This document shows positions 28,963 through 40,161 of a stretch of 64,000 nt of DNA, in pieces. The notes below the pieces were generated by a model. The model saw only the letters and a program-made list of their open reading frames with translations. It searched no databases and was not told where the DNA came from. The stretch is from assembly GCA_963693055.1 (NCBI GenBank), contig OY843751.1:3904001-3968000 (forward strand). Reading direction: 5' to 3'. Both the position numbers and the translations under genes were made by a program. Each line of letters begins with the position of its first letter. The first letter of the stretch is position 1. The DNA comes from a bacterium (GTDB lineage Bacteria; Zhuqueibacterota; Zhuqueibacteria; Residuimicrobiales; Krinioviventaceae).

Positions 28963-30861
28963 ATGAATAAAGTAGCTGGTTTATTGGTCATAACAGTAGT
29001 ACTCGTTGTATCCGCTTGCACCCAAAATCATGAAATCCATGTCTCCAAATCCGGGAACGATTCAAATCCCGGAACATCCCAAAAACCTTTACAAACCATA
29101 CAGGCAGCCGCAAACAAGGCCCAGCCAGGCGATATCATTACTGTGCATGAGGGAATATATCGTGAACGCATTGATCCCCCCCGCGGCGGTGAATCGGATG
29201 CCCAAAGAATCGTCTATCAGGCAGCTCCCGGTGAAAAAGTCGAGATCAAAGGCTCAGAGATCATCAAAGGCTGGCAAAAAAATCCGTATGGCATCTGGCA
29301 GATCAGCATTGCCAATTCCTTTTTTGGCGATTACAATCCCTATGCAGACAGTATTTATGGCGACTGGTTCAACGACCGCGGCAGAATCCACCATACCGGC
29401 GACGTTTATCTGAACGGCAAATCCCTTTACGAAGTAGAGACCCTTGATCGGGTATTGCATCCGGTCCCGGAAAAAGAAGCTGTGGACAAGGCAGGCTCCT
29501 TATACACCTGGTATTGCGAAACAACACAGGATTCCACAATCCTCTGGGCCAATTTCCATGAATATGATCCCAATTCAGAGCTGGTAGAGATCAATGTCAG
29601 AGAAGCCTGTTTTTATCCACGCGAGACCGGTAGAAATTTCATCACCATACGCGGATTCGAAATGAGTCAGGCCGCAACACAATGGCCCGCCCCAACGGCA
29701 GAACAACCCGGGCTCATTGGCACCAATTGGAGCATGGGCTGGATCATTGAAGACAATATCATTCACGATTCAAGGTGCGCGGGCATTACCCTGGGCAAAG
29801 ACCGGGCAAGCGGTCACAATGTGTGGTCCAAAGATCCTTCCAAAGGTGGTGCTGATCATTACAACGAGGTCATCGAGCGCGTGCTTGCCAATGGCTGGCA
29901 AAAAGGTAACATTGGTTCGCATATCGTCAGAAACAATACTATCTACAACTGTGAGCAATCCGGAATATGCGGAAGCATGGGTGCGGCATTCTGCGAGATC
30001 ACAAACAACCACATTTATAACATCTGGTACAAACGACAATTCAACGGAGCGGAAATATCCGGCATCAAATTCCATGGTGCAATCGATACCATCATCAAAG
30101 GCAACAGTGTTCATGACAGTCAAAAAGGTCTCTGGCTGGACTGGATGACCCAGGGTACCCAGGTGAGCAGCAATCTTTTTTACAATAATGGTGAGGATTT
30201 TTTTGCCGAAGTCAATCACGGTCCATACCTGGTAGACAATAATCTATTTTTGTCCGCAACGGCCTTACGAAACTGGTCCGAAGGCGGCGCCTATATACAC
30301 AATCTCATCGCCGGTACACTCAGAAGCCGTCCGCAAACACGGCAAACACCTTTTCTCAAGCCGCATTCCACAGCACTGGCAGGGCTTTCCATCACAACCT
30401 GCGGAGATGACCGGTATTACAACAATATATTTATTGGCGGTACCAAAGATACAGAAAAATTGAGCAATGAAGAACGTAAAGTGGGCTATGGACTGTCGAT
30501 TTATAACAACTGGGGATTTCCTGTCCAGGCAAGTGGCAATATTTATTACAATGGAGCCAAACCCATGAGCAATGAAATAGCAGCACTGGTCAGTTCTACT
30601 AATCCCGATATAAAAATCGAGAAGCAAAATGGCCACACGTTTATCTCGTTCAACATGCCTGAAATGGACCAGGATTATGACACACAAATGATCACATCCC
30701 CGATGTTGGGTGTATCAAAAGTTGGTGAATTGCCCTTTGAAAATCCAGACGGAACCGCTTTTGTCATTGATACGGATTATAACAATGTCCCACGAGATGT
30801 GGAACACCCTGCACCTGGCCCGTTTGAAGAGCTTGATGGAACACGCGTGCAGGTTAGATAA
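28963..30861 (+). CDS. Lipoprotein with right-handed beta-helix, GH120 beta-xylosidase-like
   Basis: VSAC lipobox; VHEGIYRE, QWPAPTAEQPG, GIKFHGAID, GLWLDW. Confidence 0.78.
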   Translation: MNKVAGLLVITVVLVVSACTQNHEIHVSKSGNDSNPGTSQKPLQTIQAAANKAQPGDIITVHEGIYRERIDPPRGGESDAQRIVYQAAPGEKVEIKGSEIIKGWQKNPYGIWQISIANSFFGDYNPYADSIYGDWFNDRGRIHHTGDVYLNGKSLYEVETLDRVLHPVPEKEAVDKAGSLYTWYCETTQDSTILWANFHEYDPNSELVEINVREACFYPRETGRNFITIRGFEMSQAATQWPAPTAEQPGLIGTNWSMGWIIEDNIIHDSRCAGITLGKDRASGHNVWSKDPSKGGADHYNEVIERVLANGWQKGNIGSHIVRNNTIYNCEQSGICGSMGAAFCEITNNHIYNIWYKRQFNGAEISGIKFHGAIDTIIKGNSVHDSQKGLWLDWMTQGTQVSSNLFYNNGEDFFAEVNHGPYLVDNNLFLSATALRNWSEGGAYIHNLIAGTLRSRPQTRQTPFLKPHSTALAGLSITTCGDDRYYNNIFIGGTKDTEKLSNEERKVGYGLSIYNNWGFPVQASGNIYYNGAKPMSNEIAALVSSTNPDIKIEKQNGHTFISFNMPEMDQDYDTQMITSPMLGVSKVGELPFENPDGTAFVIDTDYNNVPRDVEHPAPGPFEELDGTRVQVR

Positions 30862-30955
30862 TAAACCAAACCTTGCAATAAAACAGTACAATAATTTGTT
30901 GATACATTAAATCATTTTAAACAATATTGTATTATTTCGCATTCGCAGGAAAAAG

Positions 30956-33900
30956 ATGGGCAAACAGATTCCGGTTGATTTTACGCAAGAGCTTGAAACA
31001 GTTCTCGAAAAACTGGACAAAATCACATTAAAACAGGCATCCACCCTGTTCAAAGATTGGCAGAACAAACATTTTGAACAATTGCAGTCCTGTGAAATTA
31101 TTTGCAAAAATGGTCAAAACAGTCTTTTGGTCCTTCTTGAAATCGATTTTTCAACGCTCAACTATTGGCAGGAACTGGATACATTTGTTCACCAGCTGCT
31201 GGATTGGCTGCAAGATTTGGAAACATCAGAGAAGGATCCCTTGCCTGCTCTACCGGCAAGGGAAGCTTTTCAAAATAAATATAATAAAGTCATTGACGGT
31301 TTCCCTGCAGAACCGGAGCTATCATTAACCAAACAATGGTGGAAAGCCCGTGATGACGATACGCTGCGTATACGTCTGTGGAAAATGCTAAACCGCCGTC
31401 GTCTTGATATTCAAGATAACAATTTAAAACTCGGCAATACAATACGGGGATGGTTAAAAAAGCCTGTCAAAACATTGCCCACTAAAACAAGAACCATTCA
31501 TTCTAGAGATTTCCTGCATTATTATTATACCAGTGCTTTGTATGCGTTGATGGTACAGCTGGGCTCAAAATATTATCAGCATCAGATATCCAATTATGAA
31601 AAAATACACCACATTGTAAACACCCTTTTAGAAACCTTGTTCGCTATTCAGGAATTTCAGACAACACTCGAAACCGGCAATCATTCGTTACTTTGGGAAA
31701 GAGCAAGTACCGCAGCAAATAGTATCCAGGAGATTGAAACCCTATTATCTGATCAAAAAACTATACTTTCTCAAATACAAACAGAGCTGAAATCCGGGTT
31801 ACAAATTATAAATTCAAAATTGAAGCAAAACTGGAATTATGTCGGAACTGCCATGCTGCCTGCAACTTTCTTTAATACATCCAGAACTGAAAGCCAATGG
31901 CAAAAGAACCAGCAGTTACTCGAGAGAACGTTAAACAAATGGCAATCTGCTTTGGAAAGTGAAAAGCAAGACTGGAAAAAAGACCTTGAGCTTTCACAAC
32001 TACAGATACACACCATTATCACCAGTGTAGAAACCATAGATACTCTGAATCAGAAAATATTTGAACAAATACTGCCAACATTTCAGGACCCACGTTCCAT
32101 GCTTGAAGACGCATTGAACAAATTCAAAGATATGGAACAAAATCCCAATGCTGAACTGAAAAAAGAGATTCTCACCGAAAACCGGTTGACAATCCGCACA
32201 CTGCGTAGAGAAAAAATCCCCAAAATTGTGGATACTATGCAGCATGCACAAATCCTGAAAACCCTTGAGAATTATATTTCCCGCATACGATATAACGCAG
32301 AAAAACTGCCTGAACGGCAAAGTATACTGGATGTGCGCGAGAAAAAAAGTGCCATGGTCCCACTGAAAGCCTTGATGATGGAAGAAGTCTTTCCGGGATT
32401 GGCACAATCGCATACGCGTTTAATATCAGATATTCAGCAAAAAACAGACAAGATCGTTCGTGATATCTCTGAAGTTGATCAAATTGTGGAATTTAACTTT
32501 ATTGCCGCGCTGGATGTGCTTGAGCAGGAACAAACGGGCAGCCAGGAATCCATCAAAGTTGTTATTGATGGCCTTACCCGGGCAAACAACCAGTTTTCCA
32601 TGCTTTCCGAGCATTGTACAGAAATTAATCAAATCGCTCGTGAATGGCTTTTAAAATCTACATTTTCCTTTCAATCTCAGGTCCATGAACTGGAAAACAG
32701 CGAAAAGATCAATGAACTACAAATTCGGGTTGCCAAAGCCCACACCCGCGACAAGTTCCGTCAATACAAAAACGATTTTTTCACCGGTATTAAAAAGCTG
32801 CTGCCTGCAATTCTTTTGCTTATCAAGAATACCTTTCAGCGTATCAATACCAATTATCAGAATATTAAAAAGATAACAGGACTGGGTACCATTCAACCGG
32901 ACAGTGAGCAGCGCATTACCCGTTTTCTGCACGATTCGCAAAAACAACTGGATAAAATGCCATATGTCTATCAGCGTTTGTTCAGACCCGCTCCGCTCGA
33001 TGATGAACGTTTTTTCGCCGGCAGAGACACCGAGCTTGAAAAGATCAAAGAAATCTTTGCAAACTGGAAAACCCATCCCTATTCCGCAACCGCAATTGTG
33101 GGTGAAAACGGCAGTGGCAGGACTACTCTATTATATTTTGCGGAATCGCAGGTCTTTCGGGGATACCCGGTAATGAAACTGGAATTAAACAAAACCATAA
33201 CCAAAACAGCAGACCTCTTTACCCGCCTGTCAGAAACGCTGACCCAGTATGACACAGAAAATCTGGATACACTGGAAACAGAGATCAACGGCTCTGAGAA
33301 TCGTCTTGTATGTATTGTTGAAAATGCACATAAATTGTTTTTACGCACGGTGAATGGATTTGAAGCGCTTGAACGCTTTATGTTATTTGTCTCGCGCACT
33401 CAGCAAAAGATATTCTGGGTTATCACATTTGGAATTTACAGTTGGAAATACCTAAACAAATCCATAGGTATATCCAGATATTTGGGGAATATTATTACAC
33501 TTTCAGATATGCCCTTGTCCCAGATCGAAGCGATCATTTTAAAAAGGCATCGGGTGAGTGGGTATCGCCTGCAATTTGAAGGTGAACCGGCATTGCTCGA
33601 ATCCAGAAGATACAAAAAACTGGCAACCGAAGAATTACAACAGGATTTTTTGAAAAACATTTATTTTGAACAACTCAATCGCCAATCTTTGGGCAACATA
33701 ACCGTAGCGCTGCTGCTCTGGCTTTTATCAATCCGTGAAATAAAAGAAGACAAACTGATAATCTCCCCCATTATCGAGTTTGATGTTTCATTCCTACAGC
33801 AGATTTCTCAGGATATTGTATTTACCTTTGCTGCATTTCTACAGCACCACATCCTGAATGAAGCTGAATATGCAGCCATCTTTCGCGCCAATATTCAAAC

Positions 33901-34033
33901 CAGCACCATGCAGCTTGAGAACCTCCGCAACAAGGGATTGTTGACCAAAGGGCCAAATGGATATCAGTTACACCACTTGATTTACAGGCCGGTTGTAAAA
34001 AACTTGAAAATGAATAACATATTGCAGGAATAA
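30956..34033 (+). CDS. Large helical protein with C-terminal degenerate P-loop (AAA/STAND-like) domain
   Basis: FAGRDTEL, Walker A-like GENGSGRTT, Walker B-like CIVENAH; ~650 aa helical N-terminus. Confidence 0.7.
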   Translation: MGKQIPVDFTQELETVLEKLDKITLKQASTLFKDWQNKHFEQLQSCEIICKNGQNSLLVLLEIDFSTLNYWQELDTFVHQLLDWLQDLETSEKDPLPALPAREAFQNKYNKVIDGFPAEPELSLTKQWWKARDDDTLRIRLWKMLNRRRLDIQDNNLKLGNTIRGWLKKPVKTLPTKTRTIHSRDFLHYYYTSALYALMVQLGSKYYQHQISNYEKIHHIVNTLLETLFAIQEFQTTLETGNHSLLWERASTAANSIQEIETLLSDQKTILSQIQTELKSGLQIINSKLKQNWNYVGTAMLPATFFNTSRTESQWQKNQQLLERTLNKWQSALESEKQDWKKDLELSQLQIHTIITSVETIDTLNQKIFEQILPTFQDPRSMLEDALNKFKDMEQNPNAELKKEILTENRLTIRTLRREKIPKIVDTMQHAQILKTLENYISRIRYNAEKLPERQSILDVREKKSAMVPLKALMMEEVFPGLAQSHTRLISDIQQKTDKIVRDISEVDQIVEFNFIAALDVLEQEQTGSQESIKVVIDGLTRANNQFSMLSEHCTEINQIAREWLLKSTFSFQSQVHELENSEKINELQIRVAKAHTRDKFRQYKNDFFTGIKKLLPAILLLIKNTFQRINTNYQNIKKITGLGTIQPDSEQRITRFLHDSQKQLDKMPYVYQRLFRPAPLDDERFFAGRDTELEKIKEIFANWKTHPYSATAIVGENGSGRTTLLYFAESQVFRGYPVMKLELNKTITKTADLFTRLSETLTQYDTENLDTLETEINGSENRLVCIVENAHKLFLRTVNGFEALERFMLFVSRTQQKIFWVITFGIYSWKYLNKSIGISRYLGNIITLSDMPLSQIEAIILKRHRVSGYRLQFEGEPALLESRRYKKLATEELQQDFLKNIYFEQLNRQSLGNITVALLLWLLSIREIKEDKLIISPIIEFDVSFLQQISQDIVFTFAAFLQHHILNEAEYAAIFRANIQTSTMQLENLRNKGLLTKGPNGYQLHHLIYRPVVKNLKMNNILQE

Positions 34034-34038
34034 AAAAA

Positions 34039-34995
34039 GTGTCTCGTCATGTATTAACACTATTGATTTTTCTAATATCTGCAAGTGCATTCGCACAACC
34101 CCAGGCAGACGCCACGGTTCAGGATACTGTGAAAATCAAATCCCAGTTATCACAAGAGCAAGAAAATCTCACAACAGTCATACAGGAAACCCAACCGGAA
34201 TGGTCTATATCCGTTGGCAAGATTTTCTGGGCTTTGATTGTATTCCTGATTGGATTTATAATAATAAAATATTTAACGCGGCTACTGGAGTTGATGGGAG
34301 AACGCTGGAACCGTTTTCGATTGTCCATTATGGGCTTTATACCCATCATTCGGATTACCGGCTGGACATTTGTGGCCTATATCATCATTGCAGATATTTT
34401 TGCGCCTCCCATAGCCACATTGGTTGCACTGACAGCTTCCGCGGGTATTGCCATTGGCTTTGCATCACAGGATATTCTAAAAAATATATTCGGCGGAGTA
34501 ATGATTTTATTTGACCGGCCATTTCAGGTTGGCGATAAAATAGAAATCGGCAGTTATTACGGCGAAGTGATCAGCATCGGCCTTCGCACGGTACGTATTG
34601 TAACTCCGGACGATTCTCAGGTTGCCATCCCCAACAGTGAGATTGTAAATCAATCGGTTTCCAACGCAAACGTGGGAGAATCCAACTGTCAGGTAGTTGC
34701 AGAGTTTTATCTGCCTGCAAACATTGATATTGCCCGGGTCAAAAAAATTGCATATCGTGCCGCAGTGGTTTCAAGATATATTTATCTCAACAAGCCTGTT
34801 GCTGTTATTTTCAAAAACGAGATCCATGAAGGGCGTTCCATGCTGAAAATGCGTCTCAAAGCCTATGTGCTGGATATCCGTTACGAATTCCCCTTTGCCA
34901 GTGAAATGACAGAAATTGTTATTGACGAATTGTTAAAACAGAAACTTTTGACTGTAGAAGATTTGAGCTTTTCACATTATCGTAATATGAATTAA
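34039..34995 (+). CDS. MscS-family mechanosensitive channel
   Basis: AIGFASQDILKNIFGG..DRPFQVGDKI..GEVISIGLRT..IPNS. Confidence 0.9.
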   Translation: MSRHVLTLLIFLISASAFAQPQADATVQDTVKIKSQLSQEQENLTTVIQETQPEWSISVGKIFWALIVFLIGFIIIKYLTRLLELMGERWNRFRLSIMGFIPIIRITGWTFVAYIIIADIFAPPIATLVALTASAGIAIGFASQDILKNIFGGVMILFDRPFQVGDKIEIGSYYGEVISIGLRTVRIVTPDDSQVAIPNSEIVNQSVSNANVGESNCQVVAEFYLPANIDIARVKKIAYRAAVVSRYIYLNKPVAVIFKNEIHEGRSMLKMRLKAYVLDIRYEFPFASEMTEIVIDELLKQKLLTVEDLSFSHYRNMN

Positions 34996-35118
34996 AACAA
35001 AATAAAAGAACTGACGTAACTCTTTATAAACAGTCCCCGCACACTATTTGACAATTTCTTTATTTGACTATTTTGTTACAATTTTTGAGTTTCTAAATCA
35101 CATAAAAACTTTAGAAAT

Positions 35119-35400
35119 ATGTTTCATCGAATAAATATTCTTTTAAAACAGCCGTATCCCTTTGATACCAGACCCAAAGTAATTTTCAACCACTCTTAAA
35201 GCATTGGATTTGTTTATCTTTTAATTATTGTTTATTTTTCAACCCTTTGAACTGCAACCCATAAACGAATCGCTCTATGCCAAAACACTGGTATATTTTG
35301 GAGATGGTATAATCAGCTTTGTCTCCTTTTTTATTTCTTGTTTGTATATTTACGAATTCCTATCTTTTGAAAAACGATACCCTAATCTCTACATCATTCT
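35119..35400 (+). pseudogene. Decayed N-terminal fragment of a membrane-anchored LytTR-type regulator (tentative)
   Basis: MFHRINILLKQPYPF..(stop/frameshift)..LFIFQPFEL pattern; no DNA-binding domain follows. Confidence 0.4.
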
Positions 35401-35412
35401 CCGGAGGAAAAC

Positions 35413-36870
35413 ATGTTGAGGGGATTCTCAAGAATCACACTTTTAATTATCCTAACAGTATTATTTGTACAACCTGCTCGTCTCAAATCTGCGGATAAAT
35501 CAGATTACCTTCAATATGTCCAATCCTATGCAATTGCCATGATCGAAAAAGGACGCGATGTGTATGGTGCAGAGCATTCCCCCCTCTTTGCCGCTGCTCT
35601 GGATCGGTCAACCATGCGTATTGGTGAATTCCCCGCCATTGAGGGCATTCGTGCAGGAGACCGCACACAAACCGGCGCCAACCCCTATCATGATATGGCA
35701 TTGTACTCGATACTCTATGGACTGTCAGAAATAACAGGTAATAAACTGTATAGTGCTGAAGCAGACAAGGCCCTCAATTTTTTCATTACCCACTGTTCAA
35801 GTCCTGAAACCCATCTTTTCACCTGGGGCGAACATTTGTTTTGGGATTTTAATACAGAAACGCAAGGCAATTCCTTTGACAAGCACGAGATTAATGGCCC
35901 CTGGCCATTCTGGGACCAGTGCTATACATTTAATCCGGTAGCCTGTAAACAGTTTGCATTGGGATTGTGGCAGCATCAGGTCGCGGACCACGAAACCGGG
36001 GATTTTAGCAGACATGCCCGCTGGTCATCACACGGACCGAACAAGGGCTCGGACTTTCCCCGTTACGCGGGACAAATGATCGAGATTTGGGCGGACGCAT
36101 ATTCACGTCCCGGTATCACAGAACAGGATAAAGCAGAGCTGGTACGCGCAATTACCTGTATTGTAAATCGCATGGAAGAAAATTCAAAATCCACTGCAAC
36201 CGGGTATCTGCCAGCGCTGCGGGGAGCGGATTATGCCTGGCCTTCAAGCAACCTTGAACTGGCGCGATGTTTATGGGGTGCCGCGGGCAATATGGGGCCT
36301 GAACTTGCTGAACGGATGAAAACGCTTGCAACCCAACAGGATACGGATTTTCTACGCGCTCCACACAAGGTGCTTTCAGGTGGTGGATTTGCCGCTACTC
36401 TGCATACCGAAACCGGAGAACCCCGGGACCGCTCCATGAACAAGCCTTATACTGCGCTGTGGGCTTCCGGCTATGGATATGGTACACATGCCGCCATGGC
36501 TAACCGAAGTTATCAACGTTATTTGCAATTGCAAAAGGCAGAACCGGAAAAAGCCGGTCAATATCATCAACTCATCATTGCCGCTGCAGACCAATACCTG
36601 CATGCGGAACCCGATACTACTAGTGGCGTCAAACCCGATGCAGTTTCAGATATCATTAACCTGATGTTAAATACATACGAAATGACAGATGACAAAATAT
36701 ATCTGGATCGTGCTAATGAATTCGCGCAATGGGGAATATCTCTCTTTCTGGATAACGGATTACCGCTTCCCAAAGCCAGCAGCCGGCATACCCATTACGA
36801 AGCCCTCACCGGCGGCCCGGATTTCATGTATGCGTTATTAAGAATCTATGATCAAAATTCAAATAAATAA
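35413..36870 (+). CDS. Secreted helical-barrel protein, possibly polysaccharide lyase (PL2-like)
   Basis: GGAGG RBS, signal peptide; GRDVYG..PLFA, WGEH, DFSRH motifs recalled from PL2-like proteins. Confidence 0.45.
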   Translation: MLRGFSRITLLIILTVLFVQPARLKSADKSDYLQYVQSYAIAMIEKGRDVYGAEHSPLFAAALDRSTMRIGEFPAIEGIRAGDRTQTGANPYHDMALYSILYGLSEITGNKLYSAEADKALNFFITHCSSPETHLFTWGEHLFWDFNTETQGNSFDKHEINGPWPFWDQCYTFNPVACKQFALGLWQHQVADHETGDFSRHARWSSHGPNKGSDFPRYAGQMIEIWADAYSRPGITEQDKAELVRAITCIVNRMEENSKSTATGYLPALRGADYAWPSSNLELARCLWGAAGNMGPELAERMKTLATQQDTDFLRAPHKVLSGGGFAATLHTETGEPRDRSMNKPYTALWASGYGYGTHAAMANRSYQRYLQLQKAEPEKAGQYHQLIIAAADQYLHAEPDTTSGVKPDAVSDIINLMLNTYEMTDDKIYLDRANEFAQWGISLFLDNGLPLPKASSRHTHYEALTGGPDFMYALLRIYDQNSNK

Positions 36871-37087
36871 AAAATATCTTGTAAAAAAGAGCAGGTATCC
36901 AATCCTTTTGTTGCAATCCCCCTTGTTAAATACGGATTCAGATTTCTGATAATAAATTAACGTATTAAAACAAAAATCAAAAAGCTTGAATAATTCTATA
37001 AATTTTAGTAATATATCAAGATATACCTGAATTAAATCTTTTCTATTATTCGTAAAATTCAAAAATCTAAAATTTTAAACCATAATT

Positions 37088-38527
37088 ATGCTATTTAATT
37101 CTTTTCAATTTCTTATATTTTTTCCAATTTCGGTAGCGCTCTATTTTAGCACTCCTGCCAAATATCGGTGGACAATTTTACTGGCAGCCAGCTATTATTT
37201 TTACATGTCCTGGCGTCCTGAATATGCAATACTCATCCTTGGCTCAACGATCATAGACTATTTTGCAGCCCTCAAGATGAGCAAATACCAAGATAAAAAA
37301 AAACGTACACCTATTCTGTTATTCAGCCTGTTCACCAACCTGGGATTGTTGTTTACATTTAAATATTTTAATTTTTTTAGTGAATCATTTTATCATATTT
37401 TGAAGCAATTCAGCCATAGTGCAACTCCTTTTGAACTCAATGTGCTGCTACCGGTTGGCATTTCCTTTTATACATTTCAAACGCTGAGCTATACCATTGA
37501 TGTCTATCGGGGCGACCGTGAGCCTGAACGACATTTTGGAATATTTGCGGTATATGTATCATTCTTTCCCCAGCTGGTTGCCGGGCCCATTGAACGCTCT
37601 ACAACACTATTACCCCAGTTTCACAAAACGTTTGAACCCAATTACAATAACATGAAATACGGTTTACAGCTTGCTGCGTGGGGTATGTTTAAAAAGGTTG
37701 CCATTGCCGATCAATTGGCGCTGTATGTAAACCGGGTTTATTCCAATCCAACGGGCTATACCGGCTTTGATATATTGCTTGCAACCTACTTTTTTGCTTT
37801 TCAAATCTATTGCGACTTTTCAGGATATTCGGATATTGCAATTGGTGTTGCTCGTGTTTTTGGTTACAAGTTTATGAAGAATTTTGATCGGCCCTATTTC
37901 TCACAATCTATTCATGAATTCTGGAAACGCTGGCATATTTCGCTTTCCAGTTGGTTTCGGGACTATTTGTATATACCGCTGGGAGGTAACCGGGTTTCAA
38001 AAAGCAGGCTGCATTTCAATCTTTTGGCTGTTTTCCTCACAAGTGGGTTGTGGCATGGTGCCAACTGGACTTTTGTAGTTTGGGGTGGCTTACATGGACT
38101 ATTTTTGATCTTTGAAAGATGGAGCCACAAAGCCAGGGAAAAACTTTATACAATTAGCGGAATTGGCAAACATACACCCATACAAAAATTTATAAATATC
38201 ATTATCACTTTTCACCTGGTCTTGTTTTCATGGGTATTCTTTAGAGCACAATCCCTTCAAAAGGTTTTTCTATATTTCAAAGAAATTGCAAAATCATTTA
38301 TTTATTTTGATCCAAACAAAATATTTAAAGATCCAATAAATCCATTATATTTTCTTGTGATCATTTTACTTATTATGGTAGAGATTTTACAAAGCCGGTA
38401 CAAACTGCGTGAAACCATTGCAAAGTTTCCAACCTGGCTTCGTTGGTCAATCTATTTTATTGGATTATTTTCAATTTATTATCTGGGGGAATTTAACGAA
38501 CAGGAATTTATCTATTTTCAATTTTAA
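37088..38527 (+). CDS. MBOAT O-acyltransferase (AlgI/DltB-like), copy 1
   Basis: LPVGISFYTFQ, FFPQLVAGPIER, YCDFSGYSDIA, FWKRWHISLS, SGLWHGA. Confidence 0.93.
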   Translation: MLFNSFQFLIFFPISVALYFSTPAKYRWTILLAASYYFYMSWRPEYAILILGSTIIDYFAALKMSKYQDKKKRTPILLFSLFTNLGLLFTFKYFNFFSESFYHILKQFSHSATPFELNVLLPVGISFYTFQTLSYTIDVYRGDREPERHFGIFAVYVSFFPQLVAGPIERSTTLLPQFHKTFEPNYNNMKYGLQLAAWGMFKKVAIADQLALYVNRVYSNPTGYTGFDILLATYFFAFQIYCDFSGYSDIAIGVARVFGYKFMKNFDRPYFSQSIHEFWKRWHISLSSWFRDYLYIPLGGNRVSKSRLHFNLLAVFLTSGLWHGANWTFVVWGGLHGLFLIFERWSHKAREKLYTISGIGKHTPIQKFINIIITFHLVLFSWVFFRAQSLQKVFLYFKEIAKSFIYFDPNKIFKDPINPLYFLVIILLIMVEILQSRYKLRETIAKFPTWLRWSIYFIGLFSIYYLGEFNEQEFIYFQF

Positions 38528-38544
38528 TTTTGAAATTTTAAATT

Positions 38545-39600
38545 ATGAAAAAAATAATAATTAAAATATGCTTTTTCATCCCCCTGCTAGTGTTCATAAT
38601 TACACCGATTGTATGGGTTGATCCCTTACATCTGTTTGGCCGTACTCATGGATTGAACACAGAGTATTTCTATAACCAGAGATTGATTAAAACCAATATA
38701 CTTCGGTATGAAACTCCGGATTATAACTCTATTATTATAGGCAGCAGTCGTATCCGATACATGTCAGATCTTGAAATTGGTAAATATAAAATTTTAAATT
38801 TGGGCATGGATGGCCTCAAACTTGTCGACTTTCCAGGATTTATAGACCTTGCCAATGAAAGAGTGCCGGATTCTCTCGAATGTATTATTGTTGCCATGGA
38901 TATGTTTGGAACAAGAAAACCCGATTCCACTCGCACCTATTGGGGATCAACCGATGAATATTTGAGAAATTCTCAAGACATTTCTTATCTTTTACAAATC
39001 ATGATGGGCCCAAACAGCTTTAAATACAGTACCAAATCTATTGCAAATTATATTCTTCACGGAAAAAGTGCAGCTACGTCATGGAAAAAATTGAATTTAC
39101 CTGTTCCACCGTCCAAATCAGTACATGCAAGGCGTATAAGAAACGCATTCTCAACCTGGGAATTTGATGAAAACAGCTTGACAGCGCTTGAATACATTAA
39201 AACCACTTTTAAAAATCAACGGTTAATTTTCATTGTGAATCCGGTATCCGTGGAACTGTTTAAACTCATTGATGACCAAAATCGAACATCCGATTTCCTG
39301 ATCTGGTTACACACACTTGCTCAAACACTGGATGGTTATTACAATTTCATGGATATTACTCCATTAACGAGTACTCCACAAAATTGGCGCGATGTTAATC
39401 ACGCTCATCCTGATACGATGAAACTCCAAATCGAGTCTATTGTATTAAATAAAACCGACAATCCCAATTTCACATTTATCACCAGCGAAAATGCGGATAG
39501 TTTAATTAGCTGCATCGGAAACAGATTAAAAGAATATAATTTCCCACAATATAGAATAAATTATGAAAATGATAAACCCTGCCCACTCATAAAAAAGTAA
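38545..39600 (+). CDS. Membrane-anchored SGNH-like partner of MBOAT, copy 1
   Basis: TM helix + VDP, IIGSSR, C-terminal DxxH (RDVNH). Confidence 0.7.
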   Translation: MKKIIIKICFFIPLLVFIITPIVWVDPLHLFGRTHGLNTEYFYNQRLIKTNILRYETPDYNSIIIGSSRIRYMSDLEIGKYKILNLGMDGLKLVDFPGFIDLANERVPDSLECIIVAMDMFGTRKPDSTRTYWGSTDEYLRNSQDISYLLQIMMGPNSFKYSTKSIANYILHGKSAATSWKKLNLPVPPSKSVHARRIRNAFSTWEFDENSLTALEYIKTTFKNQRLIFIVNPVSVELFKLIDDQNRTSDFLIWLHTLAQTLDGYYNFMDITPLTSTPQNWRDVNHAHPDTMKLQIESIVLNKTDNPNFTFITSENADSLISCIGNRLKEYNFPQYRINYENDKPCPLIKK

Positions 39601-39828
39601 CTGCCATAGACAGGGATAATCAGGGAGATCCCTAATCCCATACAAGATTTTCAGTTTAAAACGATCACCAGGTTGCACGGATAGAATATCAATACCCCCC
39701 CCCAAATAGTTAACCTGCCAGTTGCAAAGCATTTCTCCTCATCGATGGAATCAAACCTATATTATAGATATTATTAAAAGATGATTTTTTTTGTAGAAAG
39801 GTAAGTCTTGAAATGGGATCATATTCCA

Positions 39829-40161
39829 TTATTCGTGGTCGATATCCGGTTTCCAGCCATATTTCTGCATGTCAATTTGTCCACGTGCATTGATCTCTAT
39901 GCCTTCACTCTCGAGCAGATTCTTTTGAATTTCTCCGGAAGCACACATATCCCCCAGACTGATTTGTCCTTTCGAGTTGATTACCCGGTGCCAGGGAATA
40001 TCCATTTCTTTCGGTGTACTGCTTAGCGCCCAACCCACCGTACGCGCTGCACGTGGATTGCCCAGCATGGCAGCGATCTGTCCATATGACGCAACTTTGC
40101 CGTAAGGAATTCGCGCCACCAACGCCCATACCTTTTCAAAAAATCCGGTTGACATACTCAT
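39829..40161 (-). CDS. Alkyltransferase-like protein (ATL, MGMT family)
   Basis: IPYGKVASYGQIA..ARTVG..PWHRV (Trp replaces the catalytic Cys). Confidence 0.9.
   Translation of the reverse strand: MSMSTGFFEKVWALVARIPYGKVASYGQIAAMLGNPRAARTVGWALSSTPKEMDIPWHRVINSKGQISLGDMCASGEIQKNLLESEGIEINARGQIDMQKYGWKPDIDHE

Noticed and set aside
39526-39745. 68-aa minus ORF with a G9 tract, or a DEEKCF transposase-like remnant
   Set aside because: The SD is too close to the ATG, the ORF overlaps the upstream gene's end, and the transposase resemblance is only a few residues.
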